The notes beneath the pieces are model-generated. The model made no database searches. It was not told the origin of the DNA and saw nothing but the letters and a program-made list of their open reading frames with translations. A stretch of 56,132 nucleotides of DNA from a virus (lineage: Duplodnaviria; Caudoviricetes): IMG/VR virus record IMGVR_UViG_3300013131_000051, positions 1 to 56,132 of that record. One strand, written 5' to 3'. Both the position numbers and the translations under genes were made by a program. Below, in pieces: positions 29,058 to 38,237 of this stretch (position 1 is the first letter of the stretch; each line of letters starts with the position of its first letter).

Positions 29058-30543
29058 AACAAATTGTTCCAGATGATGTTGCAGTAAAATTGGGAGAATT
29101 TGATGTTGGGGTGGAACTTGAACAAACATAGAAGGAAGAAAAGGCGTTCAGTCCGCCAGTCAATTCTTCACCACAATTAGAATATCCATATTTAATAAAG
29201 TTTGGACTATTATTTTCAACATACCATCTAACTAATACACATGGTGTTGCCGAAGGAGTAGGTGTTGGAGTCTGTGTTGGAGTTGGAGTTGGAGTAGAAG
29301 AAAGGTTTGGAATACATTGCAAACAGGCTCCATCAATTTTAGAACCAACTTCATTTGTAAGAATTACGTTATCTACACCACTTATGTTTTCAAATAACCC
29401 TTCATAAATAACACAACGTCCTTGATTGTTTATTATTGCATTATATACGTAACCTTCTTTAGGTTTCGAAGTTGTTTCTGATACTAAAATTAAATCCGAA
29501 GAAAAATAATCTTGACCCGTGAAACAATCTTTGAATTTTTTACTATTTGCACATTGAAGTATTTCATTAAATGTATTGAATACAACTTCACCACTAAAAT
29601 TACAGTTTCGTTCAATTTGACTTGTTGGGGTTGGAGTGGGGGTATATGTCGGGGTTGGAGTTGGTGTGTAACCACTTACCGACACATCAATAAATACTCC
29701 ACCACAAATAGCAGATGTTGACGGGGTTGGAGTTGGTGTTGGAGTTGGCGTGTTCGTAGCGGTTAAAGTTGGAGTTGGTGCTACATAACAATCAAAAACT
29801 GCATCAAAATTAAAATCAACACAAGGATTTGTTGTGGTGGTGGTCGTTACACAAAATCCGGTATACGCAACCGTGTCATCGAAATCAGGACAGGACGAAA
29901 GACTTCCATAAGGACCAAACTGATCGCAAGGATCACCAAGGTTTTGTGCTAAACACCAACGGGATTCACTTAACGAATAAAATATGTTAAAATTGGTTGT
30001 TTGTCCTGTGTAATAGTTTTGACCAGCGAAAAACCCTGCAAACTCATATTGGTCGTCATAAATGGTGTCGTTATGAACACAAACAAATGCTCCACACGAA
30101 CAACCGTCAATGGTTTCGATAACTCCGACTAAATTAACACCATACACGGTAACACCGTCGGATAAAAAAGTTGTGATATAATTAATTGAACATCCAGAGT
30201 CCGAATATAGAGTTGTTCCGATATTCAGGTCTGAACCATATACGTCAAATGTGAATGGACCTAAACAACTTGCGTCAGGATCTGAGCTAGATGAAAAAGT
30301 TCCTAAATAATTACAAGAACATCCTGTAATACCAATAATTTCTCCTATAGAATTTGTTTCATATAAGTTAATACCATTACTTAAATAAATTGTTGTTAAA
30401 GCCATCGTGCATCCGGAGTCAAAATAAACTACCTGACCAAATACTAAACTATCACCATAAACATCATTTGTTTGGGCCGAAAGACAAAGATTTAGACTAG
30501 CTGAAGTGTCAAGTGCAAATACTCCTAAATTATTACAAGTCAT
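29056..30543 (-). CDS. Cys-rich structural/fibre-like protein with tandem N-terminal domains and (PT)n linkers
   Basis: Two ~72 aa repeats (DVYG..L..G...Y.DSGC...LS.G...Y....G.I..I.GCSC), three PT tracts and one poly-Thr tract. Confidence 0.6.
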   Translation of the reverse strand: MTCNNLGVFALDTSASLNLCLSAQTNDVYGDSLVFGQVVYFDSGCTMALTTIYLSNGINLYETNSIGEIIGITGCSCNYLGTFSSSSDPDASCLGPFTFDVYGSDLNIGTTLYSDSGCSINYITTFLSDGVTVYGVNLVGVIETIDGCSCGAFVCVHNDTIYDDQYEFAGFFAGQNYYTGQTTNFNIFYSLSESRWCLAQNLGDPCDQFGPYGSLSSCPDFDDTVAYTGFCVTTTTTTNPCVDFNFDAVFDCYVAPTPTLTATNTPTPTPTPTPSTSAICGGVFIDVSVSGYTPTPTPTYTPTPTPTSQIERNCNFSGEVVFNTFNEILQCANSKKFKDCFTGQDYFSSDLILVSETTSKPKEGYVYNAIINNQGRCVIYEGLFENISGVDNVILTNEVGSKIDGACLQCIPNLSSTPTPTPTQTPTPTPSATPCVLVRWYVENNSPNFIKYGYSNCGEELTGGLNAFSSFYVCSSSTPTSNSPNFTATSSGTIC

Positions 30544-30766
30544 ATTCTATTATTAAATTATTTGATGCAACACAATCATTACTGTCAACTACCTTTACTC
30601 CAACAGAAGACATACCCTCTAAAACAAATGGAAGGTCAAAGGAATATGGTAATTGTCCAAAACCAATTGTGTCTACATAAATACAAGTCGTGTAACCTGT
30701 GTCACAAGTATAAATATTGAATGGAGGTAAACCACCCAAAAAATTAACAGTAATTTGTGTTGGCAT
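30533..30766 (-). CDS. Small structural protein (paralog of 21616..21921)
   Basis: GGLPPFNIYTCDTGYTTCIY...LPYSFDLP...VVDSNDC; TATTTAT upstream on the minus strand (30774-30780). Confidence 0.55.
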   Translation of the reverse strand: MPTQITVNFLGGLPPFNIYTCDTGYTTCIYVDTIGFGQLPYSFDLPFVLEGMSSVGVKVVDSNDCVASNNLIIEYDL

Positions 30767-30805
30767 ATCACTAATAAATATAAAAAATGATAAAACTTTG
30801 TGTAG

Positions 30806-30834
30806 TTGATTGATAAAAAGTTTATGACTATATT
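30806..30834 (+). promoter_or_regulatory. Sigma70-type promoter TTGATT-N17-TATATT before primase
   Basis: Canonical 17-bp spacing just upstream of the start codon. Confidence 0.5.
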
Positions 30835-30838
30835 GTAA

Positions 30839-31741
30839 TTGATGGATGAAAATGAAGCATTAGTTGAGTTATTAGAAGATGTTTTGGGTGACCACGGACT
30901 TCACTACCCCAATCGTGGTCAAATCAGTTTTAATTGTCCCGTGTGTGATGACGATAGAAATAAACATAATTTAGAAGTAAATTATATAGACAACGTTTAT
31001 CACTGCTGGTCGTGTGGTGATAGTGAAGGAACTCACGGACCACTCGGAAAGTTATTTGACAAATATGGAAATAAAAAACAAAAAAAACTATATCAAGTAT
31101 TAAAACCTGAGACGGTAGTTAAAAGAGAAAAATCCAAGAAAAAACTAAGACTACCTGATAGATACACCCTATTCAAAGACTCCAGTCCTGTTTATCCTGT
31201 CAGAAAGGCAGCCATAAATTACTTATATAATCGGGGAATAACCGATTATATGATTGAAAAATATCAAATTGGTTTTTGTGATAAAGGAGACCACGCAGGT
31301 CGAATTGTTATTCCATCATATAATATTGATGGTGAATTGAACTATTATATTGCAAGAAGTTGGGATCCGATGTCACGGGCCAAATATAGAAATCCTGAAG
31401 CAGAAAAAGAAAAAATTATATTTTGGGAAAATATGATTGATTGGAACAAAGATATTTTTTTGGTGGAGGGGGCTTTTGACGGATTGTTTTTAGATAATGC
31501 AATACCGATGCTTGGAAAACACATGTCAGAACTGTTATTTGAAACAATATACAAAAATTGTAAAAAAGATGTTATTATTTGTTTGGATGGGGATGCGTTT
31601 AAAGATGGTGTAAAATTATATCACGAATTAAATGGGGGTGAATTATGGGGTAGAATTAAATTAATAAAGTTGCCCGACGAAAAGGATATTGCAGATCTTA
31701 GGGGTGAAATAAAAGATGAATATTATTATATAATAAGATAA
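30839..31741 (+). CDS. DNA primase (Zn-finger + TOPRIM)
   Basis: CPVC...HCWSC zinc-binding domain; TOPRIM motifs LVEGAFD and CLDGDA. Confidence 0.88.
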   Translation: MMDENEALVELLEDVLGDHGLHYPNRGQISFNCPVCDDDRNKHNLEVNYIDNVYHCWSCGDSEGTHGPLGKLFDKYGNKKQKKLYQVLKPETVVKREKSKKKLRLPDRYTLFKDSSPVYPVRKAAINYLYNRGITDYMIEKYQIGFCDKGDHAGRIVIPSYNIDGELNYYIARSWDPMSRAKYRNPEAEKEKIIFWENMIDWNKDIFLVEGAFDGLFLDNAIPMLGKHMSELLFETIYKNCKKDVIICLDGDAFKDGVKLYHELNGGELWGRIKLIKLPDEKDIADLRGEIKDEYYYIIR

Positions 31742-32604
31742 TGGATTTAAAAAAAATAGCAGAAGAAATCAGACATATCATATCTCAAAAACAAAAAGAA
31801 TTCCAACTTACATTTGATGAAGAAACTCATACATATACGATGTTAGATCAAGATGGAGAGTTGAGAAGTGATTTTCCATCGGTTTCAAAAGTAATGAAAT
31901 TATTTTATGATGAGTTTCCAACCGAACAAGCGGCGTTTAACAAAGCTGGTTGGGATATAGATGAAGCTAAAAGATTAATGGAAGAGTGGGCTGAAGCCGG
32001 TAGAAAATCAACTAACCTTGGTTCTCGTTGTCACTTTCTTTTAGAGAAACATACTCTTAAAGAGTTTGGTATTGAAAAGGAAGTTCGTCAACCAATATTT
32101 GAATGTGACGCTGAACAGATCATCAAAAGCGATTCTATGATTGTTGCAGGTAAAAAATATATTGATCTTTTGAAAGAAAGAAAATGTGTGTTGATCGATA
32201 CGGAAATAGTGCTAGGTCATCCTGAACTTGGATATACAGGTCAACCCGATAAGGTTTGGTTAGTTATTGGAACAAACGGCAAAGTTGGTATTTTAATAAC
32301 AGATTGGAAAAGTAATAAACCTAAAAACTTTGAAACCACACAATACACAAAAAAAATGAAATCACCATTTCATGATCTATTTGATAACGCTCTTGGTCAT
32401 TACAACACTCAATTACCTTTTTATGGTAAATTATTGTTGAAGATGTTGGAAGGAACTAAATACGAGGACATTCAATTATTGGGATGTATTATTGTATTAA
32501 TAACCGATAAAAAAGAATACCATGAACACAGAGTTTCTAAGAAAACTATGAATACAATTCTTGAAATGGACATGAAACAATATTTGACTAAACTTAAAAA
32601 ATAA
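31741..32604 (+). CDS. PD-(D/E)XK exonuclease
   Basis: PSVS, G..CH, TE, GQPDK, DWKSNK and QL..Y motifs of the RecB/Cas4-like nuclease family. Confidence 0.78.
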   Translation: MDLKKIAEEIRHIISQKQKEFQLTFDEETHTYTMLDQDGELRSDFPSVSKVMKLFYDEFPTEQAAFNKAGWDIDEAKRLMEEWAEAGRKSTNLGSRCHFLLEKHTLKEFGIEKEVRQPIFECDAEQIIKSDSMIVAGKKYIDLLKERKCVLIDTEIVLGHPELGYTGQPDKVWLVIGTNGKVGILITDWKSNKPKNFETTQYTKKMKSPFHDLFDNALGHYNTQLPFYGKLLLKMLEGTKYEDIQLLGCIIVLITDKKEYHEHRVSKKTMNTILEMDMKQYLTKLKK

Positions 32605-32612
32605 ACTATATT
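32584..32612 (+). promoter_or_regulatory. Sigma70-type promoter TTGACT-N17-TATATT
   Basis: Near-consensus -35/-10 with 17-bp spacer, ending 17 nt before the 32629 ATG. Confidence 0.55.
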
Positions 32613-32628
32613 TTAAATAAAAAAAATT

Positions 32629-32847
32629 ATGAGCGACGAAATTATTAGACCCAAAATTGACTTACGACAACAACAAACTATCAAATGTGAAAAATGTGAG
32701 TCAAAGTTTTTTAAAGAAATAACGATGTTAAAAAAAGTCCCAAAATTACTAACAGGAAGTCATGAAGACACGATCGTTCCATTTCCAACATACATGTGTA
32801 ACGAATGTGGACACGTTAATGGTGATTTTGAATTATTTATAGACTAA
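32629..32847 (+). CDS. Small zinc-ribbon protein
   Basis: CEKC...CNECGH. Confidence 0.65.
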   Translation: MSDEIIRPKIDLRQQQTIKCEKCESKFFKEITMLKKVPKLLTGSHEDTIVPFPTYMCNECGHVNGDFELFID

Positions 32848-32993
32848 TGGAAATAGGTAAAATGACAATATCTCAAACATTACCTTACTTGAATAGTATT
32901 GCGTCAAATTATGGTTTGAGATTAAACAGAGCAAAAGAGTTTAAATTAATAAGACTTTTAATGATAAACCTATATTGTAGAGAATCAGTATGA
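32847..32993 (+). CDS. Hypothetical 48-aa protein (not in ORF track)
   Basis: MEIGKMTISQTLPYLNSIASNYGLRLNRAKEFKLIRLLMINLYCRESV. TAATG and ATGA overlaps fill the gap between neighbours exactly. Confidence 0.6.
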   Translation: MEIGKMTISQTLPYLNSIASNYGLRLNRAKEFKLIRLLMINLYCRESV

Positions 32994-33229
32994 CACACAA
33001 AGAATTTTACATATGGTTAGAAGGGTATTTGACCGGTAAACTTGAAAACAAACACATAGATATCACACCTATTGTGGAAAAAATGAATTTGGTTGTTGAT
33101 GAAAAACCATCAGTATCAATTAATCGATTTGATCAAATACCGGTTCCTGTGAACCCATTAACTAACCAAGATCATGATTTTCCATATTGGGACATTACAT
33201 TTGAAAATAGACAAGAATTAAATGATTAA
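32990..33229 (+). CDS. Hypothetical protein
   Basis: N-terminus MTHKEFYIWLEGYL; coupled overlaps on both sides. Confidence 0.6.
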   Translation: MTHKEFYIWLEGYLTGKLENKHIDITPIVEKMNLVVDEKPSVSINRFDQIPVPVNPLTNQDHDFPYWDITFENRQELND

Positions 33230-34001
33230 AAAACTAATACATTTTTCTGATCTACATATTAGGTTGTTTAAAGATCATGATCTTTATAAATCAATCTTAG
33301 AAACCGCAATTAAACAATGGCGAGGATTGGAACCTGACAGGATTGTTTTTACTGGTGACCTTGTTCATTCTAAAAATCAAATGACGCCTGAACTTATTGA
33401 AATGGTTAGTTGGATTTTAACTGAATGTTCCTTTATTTGTAAAACAATTATCATTCCTGGAAATCACGACTTCTTGGTAAATAATACTGAAAGATTGGAC
33501 GCACTATCACCAATAATCAACTCACTTAATAGTAAAAATATTGTTTATTATAAGGACAGAGGTGTGTATGAGGATGATAATATTAGTTGGTGTGTTTATT
33601 CACAATACCAAGGAAATATTCCACCTGATATTACAGACTCAAAAGGAATAAGAATCGGTTTATTTCACGGACCTATTCAAGGAATGAAAACAGATCTTGG
33701 ATTCAATTTTGGTGAAGAGGCGTATGATGTTGAAAAGTTCGATGGACTTGAAGCTGTTTTATGTGGTGATATTCATAAACGACAAGAGTTCAAATTCAAA
33801 ACCGGAAAAGGTTATATGATCGGTTCACCAATTCAACAAAACATTGGAGAAAGTATCGGACGACACGGTTATGGAATTTATGATGTTGAGACAAAAGAAT
33901 ATTTTTATGTTGATCTACCGAACCCAAAACCATTTATGAAATTTTCAATCAAGTCGTTTGACGACATAACCAAAGGGAGTGAAAAACTTTTGAATTTATA
34001 G
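33222..34001 (+). CDS. Mre11/SbcD (gp47-like) metallophosphoesterase nuclease
   Basis: SDLH, TGDLVH, GNHD, FHG and GDIHKRQ motifs. Confidence 0.88.
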   Translation: MIKKLIHFSDLHIRLFKDHDLYKSILETAIKQWRGLEPDRIVFTGDLVHSKNQMTPELIEMVSWILTECSFICKTIIIPGNHDFLVNNTERLDALSPIINSLNSKNIVYYKDRGVYEDDNISWCVYSQYQGNIPPDITDSKGIRIGLFHGPIQGMKTDLGFNFGEEAYDVEKFDGLEAVLCGDIHKRQEFKFKTGKGYMIGSPIQQNIGESIGRHGYGIYDVETKEYFYVDLPNPKPFMKFSIKSFDDITKGSEKLLNL

Positions 34002-34007
34002 ATTCCT

Positions 34008-34508
34008 GTGTATTCAATCGACATAAAAAATAACAAGGAAATTTATGATTACTGTATGCATAACGGCATTACGGATATCAATAGGTTTGTACAGGATTGT
34101 TTCAAACAAGGTTATGACATAAAGAAGTACGGACTTTTGGGAAAAACACTTAATGATGGTGAAAAAGACTTAAAAACAGGTGGAGAACAAGAAAAATGGG
34201 TGGAAAAAGAAGTAATAGTTGAAAAACGAGTGGAAGTTCCTGTTGAAGTCATCAAAGAAGTTGAAAAAATTGTTGAGGTTCCTGTTGAAAAAGTGATCAC
34301 AAATATTGAGTATGTTCGTGACGAAAATTTAGAAAAACAACTTAACGAAAAAGTAAAGTTACTTCAAGAAACTTTACAAACTCTGAGAAGTGAGTTACAA
34401 CAAAAGAATGAACAAATAAAAGAATTAGAAAAAATAAACCGAGAACTTCTGAATGTACCAAATCAGGCTTACCTTCTGAGGGGATCAAATCTAAATAGAC
34501 GAATATGA
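34008..34508 (+). CDS. Coiled-coil protein with VEVPV repeats
   Basis: EKRVEVPVEVIKEVEKIVEVPVEKV followed by a heptad-rich helix. Confidence 0.6.
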   Translation: MYSIDIKNNKEIYDYCMHNGITDINRFVQDCFKQGYDIKKYGLLGKTLNDGEKDLKTGGEQEKWVEKEVIVEKRVEVPVEVIKEVEKIVEVPVEKVITNIEYVRDENLEKQLNEKVKLLQETLQTLRSELQQKNEQIKELEKINRELLNVPNQAYLLRGSNLNRRI

Positions 34509-34846
34509 TTATATTAATGTGGATTATCGCAGCTTACGGAATGACAAACATCCTGGTTTATGGATCAATCTTTAATGGATTGAGAAATTGGATTCATAAA
34601 TGGGGTAACTCTGAATGGTATGCATTCCATGGATTAGGAAAGTTTTTATCGGGATTAATATCCTGTGTTTTATGTACATCAACATGGGTAGGATTTTTCC
34701 TATCATTAACACTTTTTGCACCATGGCACGAATTTGTTGGACTTCATAAAATTATTTCAGTATTTTTTGATGGAATGTTGTCTGCAGGTGCCGTATGGGC
34801 CATTAACAGTGTAGTTGAGTGGTTCGAAGAAAATAGACCAAAATGA
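34505..34846 (+). CDS. Membrane protein, DUF1360-like
   Basis: Three hydrophobic segments and an LISCVLCTSTWVG (CxxC...W) motif. Confidence 0.6.
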   Translation: MIILMWIIAAYGMTNILVYGSIFNGLRNWIHKWGNSEWYAFHGLGKFLSGLISCVLCTSTWVGFFLSLTLFAPWHEFVGLHKIISVFFDGMLSAGAVWAINSVVEWFEENRPK

Positions 34847-34995
34847 AAAAAGTAAAGTTTGTATATTCGGATACAATCCAAGAATCAATTATTTTTTATG
34901 ATGATTTATTCTTAGGTGGAAAAAAAGTTGTGCAAATTTTTGAAAATGGTATTACTGGTTATACCTCAATAAAACTTGTAAAAATTATAAAATAA
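34843..34995 (+). CDS. Hypothetical 50-aa protein (not in ORF track)
   Basis: MKKVKFVYSDTIQESIIFYDDLFLGGKKVVQIFENGITGYTSIKLVKIIK. ATGA overlap; fills the gap to the next gene. Confidence 0.5.
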   Translation: MKKVKFVYSDTIQESIIFYDDLFLGGKKVVQIFENGITGYTSIKLVKIIK

Positions 34996-35000
34996 ATAAA

Positions 35001-35387
35001 ATGGGTAAAAAGGCAAAAGAACACAGAGCAAAAGTTGCAAAAAGAAATGCAAAAATTAAACAAAAAAAATCAGGAATGCAAAAAGCATTTGATCTTTTAT
35101 TACAAGAACAATTGAAGAAATTAAAAGATGACGAAATGAAGATCGAAGTTCAAGGAAACGACATAAATTATGAAGTCGTTGAACACAAAACAATCGACCA
35201 CGCATTCAAATTTACACCAAATGAAGAGGAGTCGGCAAAGATCAACAAAGAATTTCAAGGTAATGTGTCGTTTAAAGAAGAAAATCCTGAATTTCTTTCT
35301 GTAAATCAAATATCAGTAAACGAGTTTGAAGAAATGGTTGAAGAAGAATCACCTGTTGAAGACCAAATTTCTGAGTTAGAAAAATAA
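35001..35387 (+). CDS. Hypothetical protein (basic N-terminus, acidic C-terminus)
   Basis: N-terminus MGKKAKEHRAKVAKRN; lies within the operon. Confidence 0.6.
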   Translation: MGKKAKEHRAKVAKRNAKIKQKKSGMQKAFDLLLQEQLKKLKDDEMKIEVQGNDINYEVVEHKTIDHAFKFTPNEEESAKINKEFQGNVSFKEENPEFLSVNQISVNEFEEMVEEESPVEDQISELEK

Positions 35388-35388
35388 A

Positions 35389-37761
35389 ATGGATTTATTC
35401 AATCCACCAAAAATATTCAATTACAAAATCATGATAAAAGATTTGGACTTTTCTTTATATGAAAACCCAATTATACAAGTTGTTTGGGAAGATTTGCCCG
35501 AAAACTTTACACAAGATAAAATCAAAAGTGTAAAACATTACTTTTCAAAAAAGTACAACACAACTAATGTAAATGTTTTAACCAAAGCTAAAACAATACA
35601 AACTGAAGAAATGCAATCAATTGATGTTTCAGTGAACATTAGCGATGCAAATTACCAATTGGATCTATTAAAGAACTTCATTGAATCAAAAGGACATAAA
35701 GATAAGACTGATGATATTTTGGGGATCAACAAAATGGTTGAAAACAAAATGAATGGTGATGAGGATAACCAGTCTCAGTTTAAAAAGTGGTATATTAGAA
35801 ACGTTGAGTTCTCAAATTTTTTATCATATGGTGAAAATCAAAGATTAGATTTTGATAAATTAAATGGTATTGTAGTGGTAGAGTCAGATCCACCAAACTT
35901 CGGAGGTAAAACCGTATTAACGGTGGATCTTTTAATGTTTCTATTTTTTAACGAAACAACAAAGACAACAAAGGCTGAAGAAATATTCAACAGATTTTCA
36001 AACAAAGACAAAGTTTATGTTAAAGGTGAAATCACAATTGATGGTGAAGATTATGTTATTTTTAGAAACATTGAAAGAAAAATGTCCAAAAAAGGTGAAT
36101 GGAATGTTAAAACCGAATTAGACTTCTTTAAAAAACTATCTGACGGAACTTTATTGAACTTTACAGGAGAACAAAGAAGGGAAACTGAAGCGTTTATTAA
36201 AACTTCAATTGGGACCAAAGAAGACTTTTTAATGACAATTCTTACAACAGGATCAAACCTTGAAGAGTTATTGGAGTCAAAACCAACGGCAAGAGGTCAG
36301 GTTCTATCAAGATTTATGGGTCTTGAGTTTTTGAAAAAGAAAGAGGAGGTTGCAAAAGAAATCTACGGAGAGTTCTCAAAACAAAAATTGTCAAATGTAT
36401 ATTCATCTGAACAATTAAAAGACGATATTACGACTCACCAAACATCGATTCAAACACTTACAACTCAAATTGAGGAAAGTCAAAAAGAATTAACAAATGT
36501 TGAGGATGCAATTACGAAAGGTAAAAACTATCGTGATGATATGTTGAAAAAGAAACACACAAACATTGATCAAGAAATTAGTAGATTAAATCCGACCAAC
36601 ACTCAAGAAGAAATCAACACGATTGATTTTGAAAAGAAAGGTTACATTTCTAAAATCAATGAACTTAAAGTTGTTGAACCAAGTGAGTTTTACCATGAGG
36701 ATAAACACGATGAGGTTAAAGAACAATATAATGAGGTCTACAAAGAGATCGTTCAGATTGATACTGAGATTACATCAATCAACAAATTGAAGTCTGAAGT
36801 AGAAGGTGGGATCAAGTGTGAACACTGTGGTATTGAGTTAATGAATGCGGCGATCACAAATTCTAAAATTGCAGAGTTAGATGGGTTAATCGTGCAAAAA
36901 ACCACAAAAACGACACTTATGACGGAATTATCCGTCAAAGAACAGAGTTTTGTTCAGTTAAAAAAGGAGTTTGATGAATATGAAAAAAACAAACTTGTTA
37001 AAGAAAAATATGAGATCTCAGTTGAGAGTTGTGATTTGAAAATAAGCGCGTTAAAAGACAAACTTAAAAGGTGGGAGGAAATACAGGACAAGATCTCTGA
37101 AAATCAAAAGATTGAAGGTCAATTAATCAAAGCTGATTTAAGACTCGAAGAACTTGAAAGAGAAAAAACAAAAATAAATTCTTTAATTTCTGGTAACAAA
37201 GTTTCCATTTCTTCGTTAGAAGAGAAGATTGAAAACAATAAAAAGATGATTGTTAAAATCAAAGAGGAAGAAGAAAAAGAAAAGATTTATAAAATCTACT
37301 TGGAGGCTTATGGTAAGAATGGTGTCACAAAAATTATAATGAAAACCATGATGCCTTTAATCAACTCAGAACTTCAAAGACTAATGGAAGACTCTTGTTA
37401 TTTCAAACTTGAAGTTAGAATATCTGACAAAAATGAAGTTGAATTTGTTCAAATTGACAATGGCACGGGAATTGAGAAGTTAATGATTAGTGGGTCAGGA
37501 TTTGAAAAAACAATATCGTCGTTAGCCTTGAGATCGGTAATGACTAAGATCTGTACGCTCCCCGCACCCGACTTAATTGTTTTTGATGAGGTCTTTGGTA
37601 AAGTTTCCAACGATAATCTCGAAATGGTGACCGAGTTTTTTTTAAAAATTAAAGAATACTTTGCAAAAATATTTGTTATATCCCATAATCCGTTATTACA
37701 AAACATGAGTGACAACGTAGTGAAAATAAAAAAAGAAAACAATGTGTCAAAAGTTTTGTAA
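35389..37761 (+). CDS. Rad50/SbcC (gp46-like) SMC ATPase with N-terminal extension
   Basis: FSNFLSYG, Walker A NFGGKT, zinc hook CEHC, signature SGFEK, Walker B FDEVFG, ISH. Confidence 0.9.
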   Translation: MDLFNPPKIFNYKIMIKDLDFSLYENPIIQVVWEDLPENFTQDKIKSVKHYFSKKYNTTNVNVLTKAKTIQTEEMQSIDVSVNISDANYQLDLLKNFIESKGHKDKTDDILGINKMVENKMNGDEDNQSQFKKWYIRNVEFSNFLSYGENQRLDFDKLNGIVVVESDPPNFGGKTVLTVDLLMFLFFNETTKTTKAEEIFNRFSNKDKVYVKGEITIDGEDYVIFRNIERKMSKKGEWNVKTELDFFKKLSDGTLLNFTGEQRRETEAFIKTSIGTKEDFLMTILTTGSNLEELLESKPTARGQVLSRFMGLEFLKKKEEVAKEIYGEFSKQKLSNVYSSEQLKDDITTHQTSIQTLTTQIEESQKELTNVEDAITKGKNYRDDMLKKKHTNIDQEISRLNPTNTQEEINTIDFEKKGYISKINELKVVEPSEFYHEDKHDEVKEQYNEVYKEIVQIDTEITSINKLKSEVEGGIKCEHCGIELMNAAITNSKIAELDGLIVQKTTKTTLMTELSVKEQSFVQLKKEFDEYEKNKLVKEKYEISVESCDLKISALKDKLKRWEEIQDKISENQKIEGQLIKADLRLEELEREKTKINSLISGNKVSISSLEEKIENNKKMIVKIKEEEEKEKIYKIYLEAYGKNGVTKIIMKTMMPLINSELQRLMEDSCYFKLEVRISDKNEVEFVQIDNGTGIEKLMISGSGFEKTISSLALRSVMTKICTLPAPDLIVFDEVFGKVSNDNLEMVTEFFLKIKEYFAKIFVISHNPLLQNMSDNVVKIKKENNVSKVL

Positions 37762-37805
37762 ATTGAAATATTATTAGTAAGTTATACATTATAAAATATA
37801 ATTAT

Positions 37806-38237
37806 ATGAAAAGCATATCAAGTTTACAAAAACAAAAATTTTTTGATAGAGGACATACATTACCAAAATGTGTTAATCCCGGTTGCAATAATGATGTTGC
37901 AGTACGTAATTGGTCAAATTGGTCATTTAAAACAGAATGTAGTAGATGTCAAACTGACCGAAAAAAAGGATATATAACAGAGGGTGTTGAAATCCATAAA
38001 AAAAAATATTGTGAAAATATAGATGGACACTTAGGTTTCAATTGTCCAGTACCAACTAAAGAATCTTGGGTTGGTTTTGAAATTGGGTGTTTAGATTTAG
38101 ACCATGTTGACGGAAATCATGATAATAACACACCTGACAATGTAAAAACTTATTGTAAGTTATGTCATAATAAAAAGAGTATTGAAAGTGGTGATTGCTC
38201 TAATAAAAAAAAATCCGCAAGAAACTTTAATAATTGA
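37806..38237 (+). CDS. HNH endonuclease with Zn-binding motifs
   Basis: LDLDHVDGNHDNNTPDNVKTYCKLCH; N-terminal CVNPGC/CSRC. Confidence 0.82.
   Translation: MKSISSLQKQKFFDRGHTLPKCVNPGCNNDVAVRNWSNWSFKTECSRCQTDRKKGYITEGVEIHKKKYCENIDGHLGFNCPVPTKESWVGFEIGCLDLDHVDGNHDNNTPDNVKTYCKLCHNKKSIESGDCSNKKKSARNFNN

Noticed and set aside
19417-30543. Diversity-generating retroelement acting on fibre genes
   Set aside because: No reverse transcriptase and no template/variable repeat pair were seen in this window.
31741-32604. Cas4 / CRISPR-associated gene
   Set aside because: It lacks the four-Cys Fe-S pattern, no array or other cas genes are present, and the context is replication.
37441-37761. Slightly different codon usage at the Rad50 3' end, suggesting a homing co-conversion tract next to the HNH
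   Set aside because: This is only a visual impression and cannot be supported without alignment to relatives.
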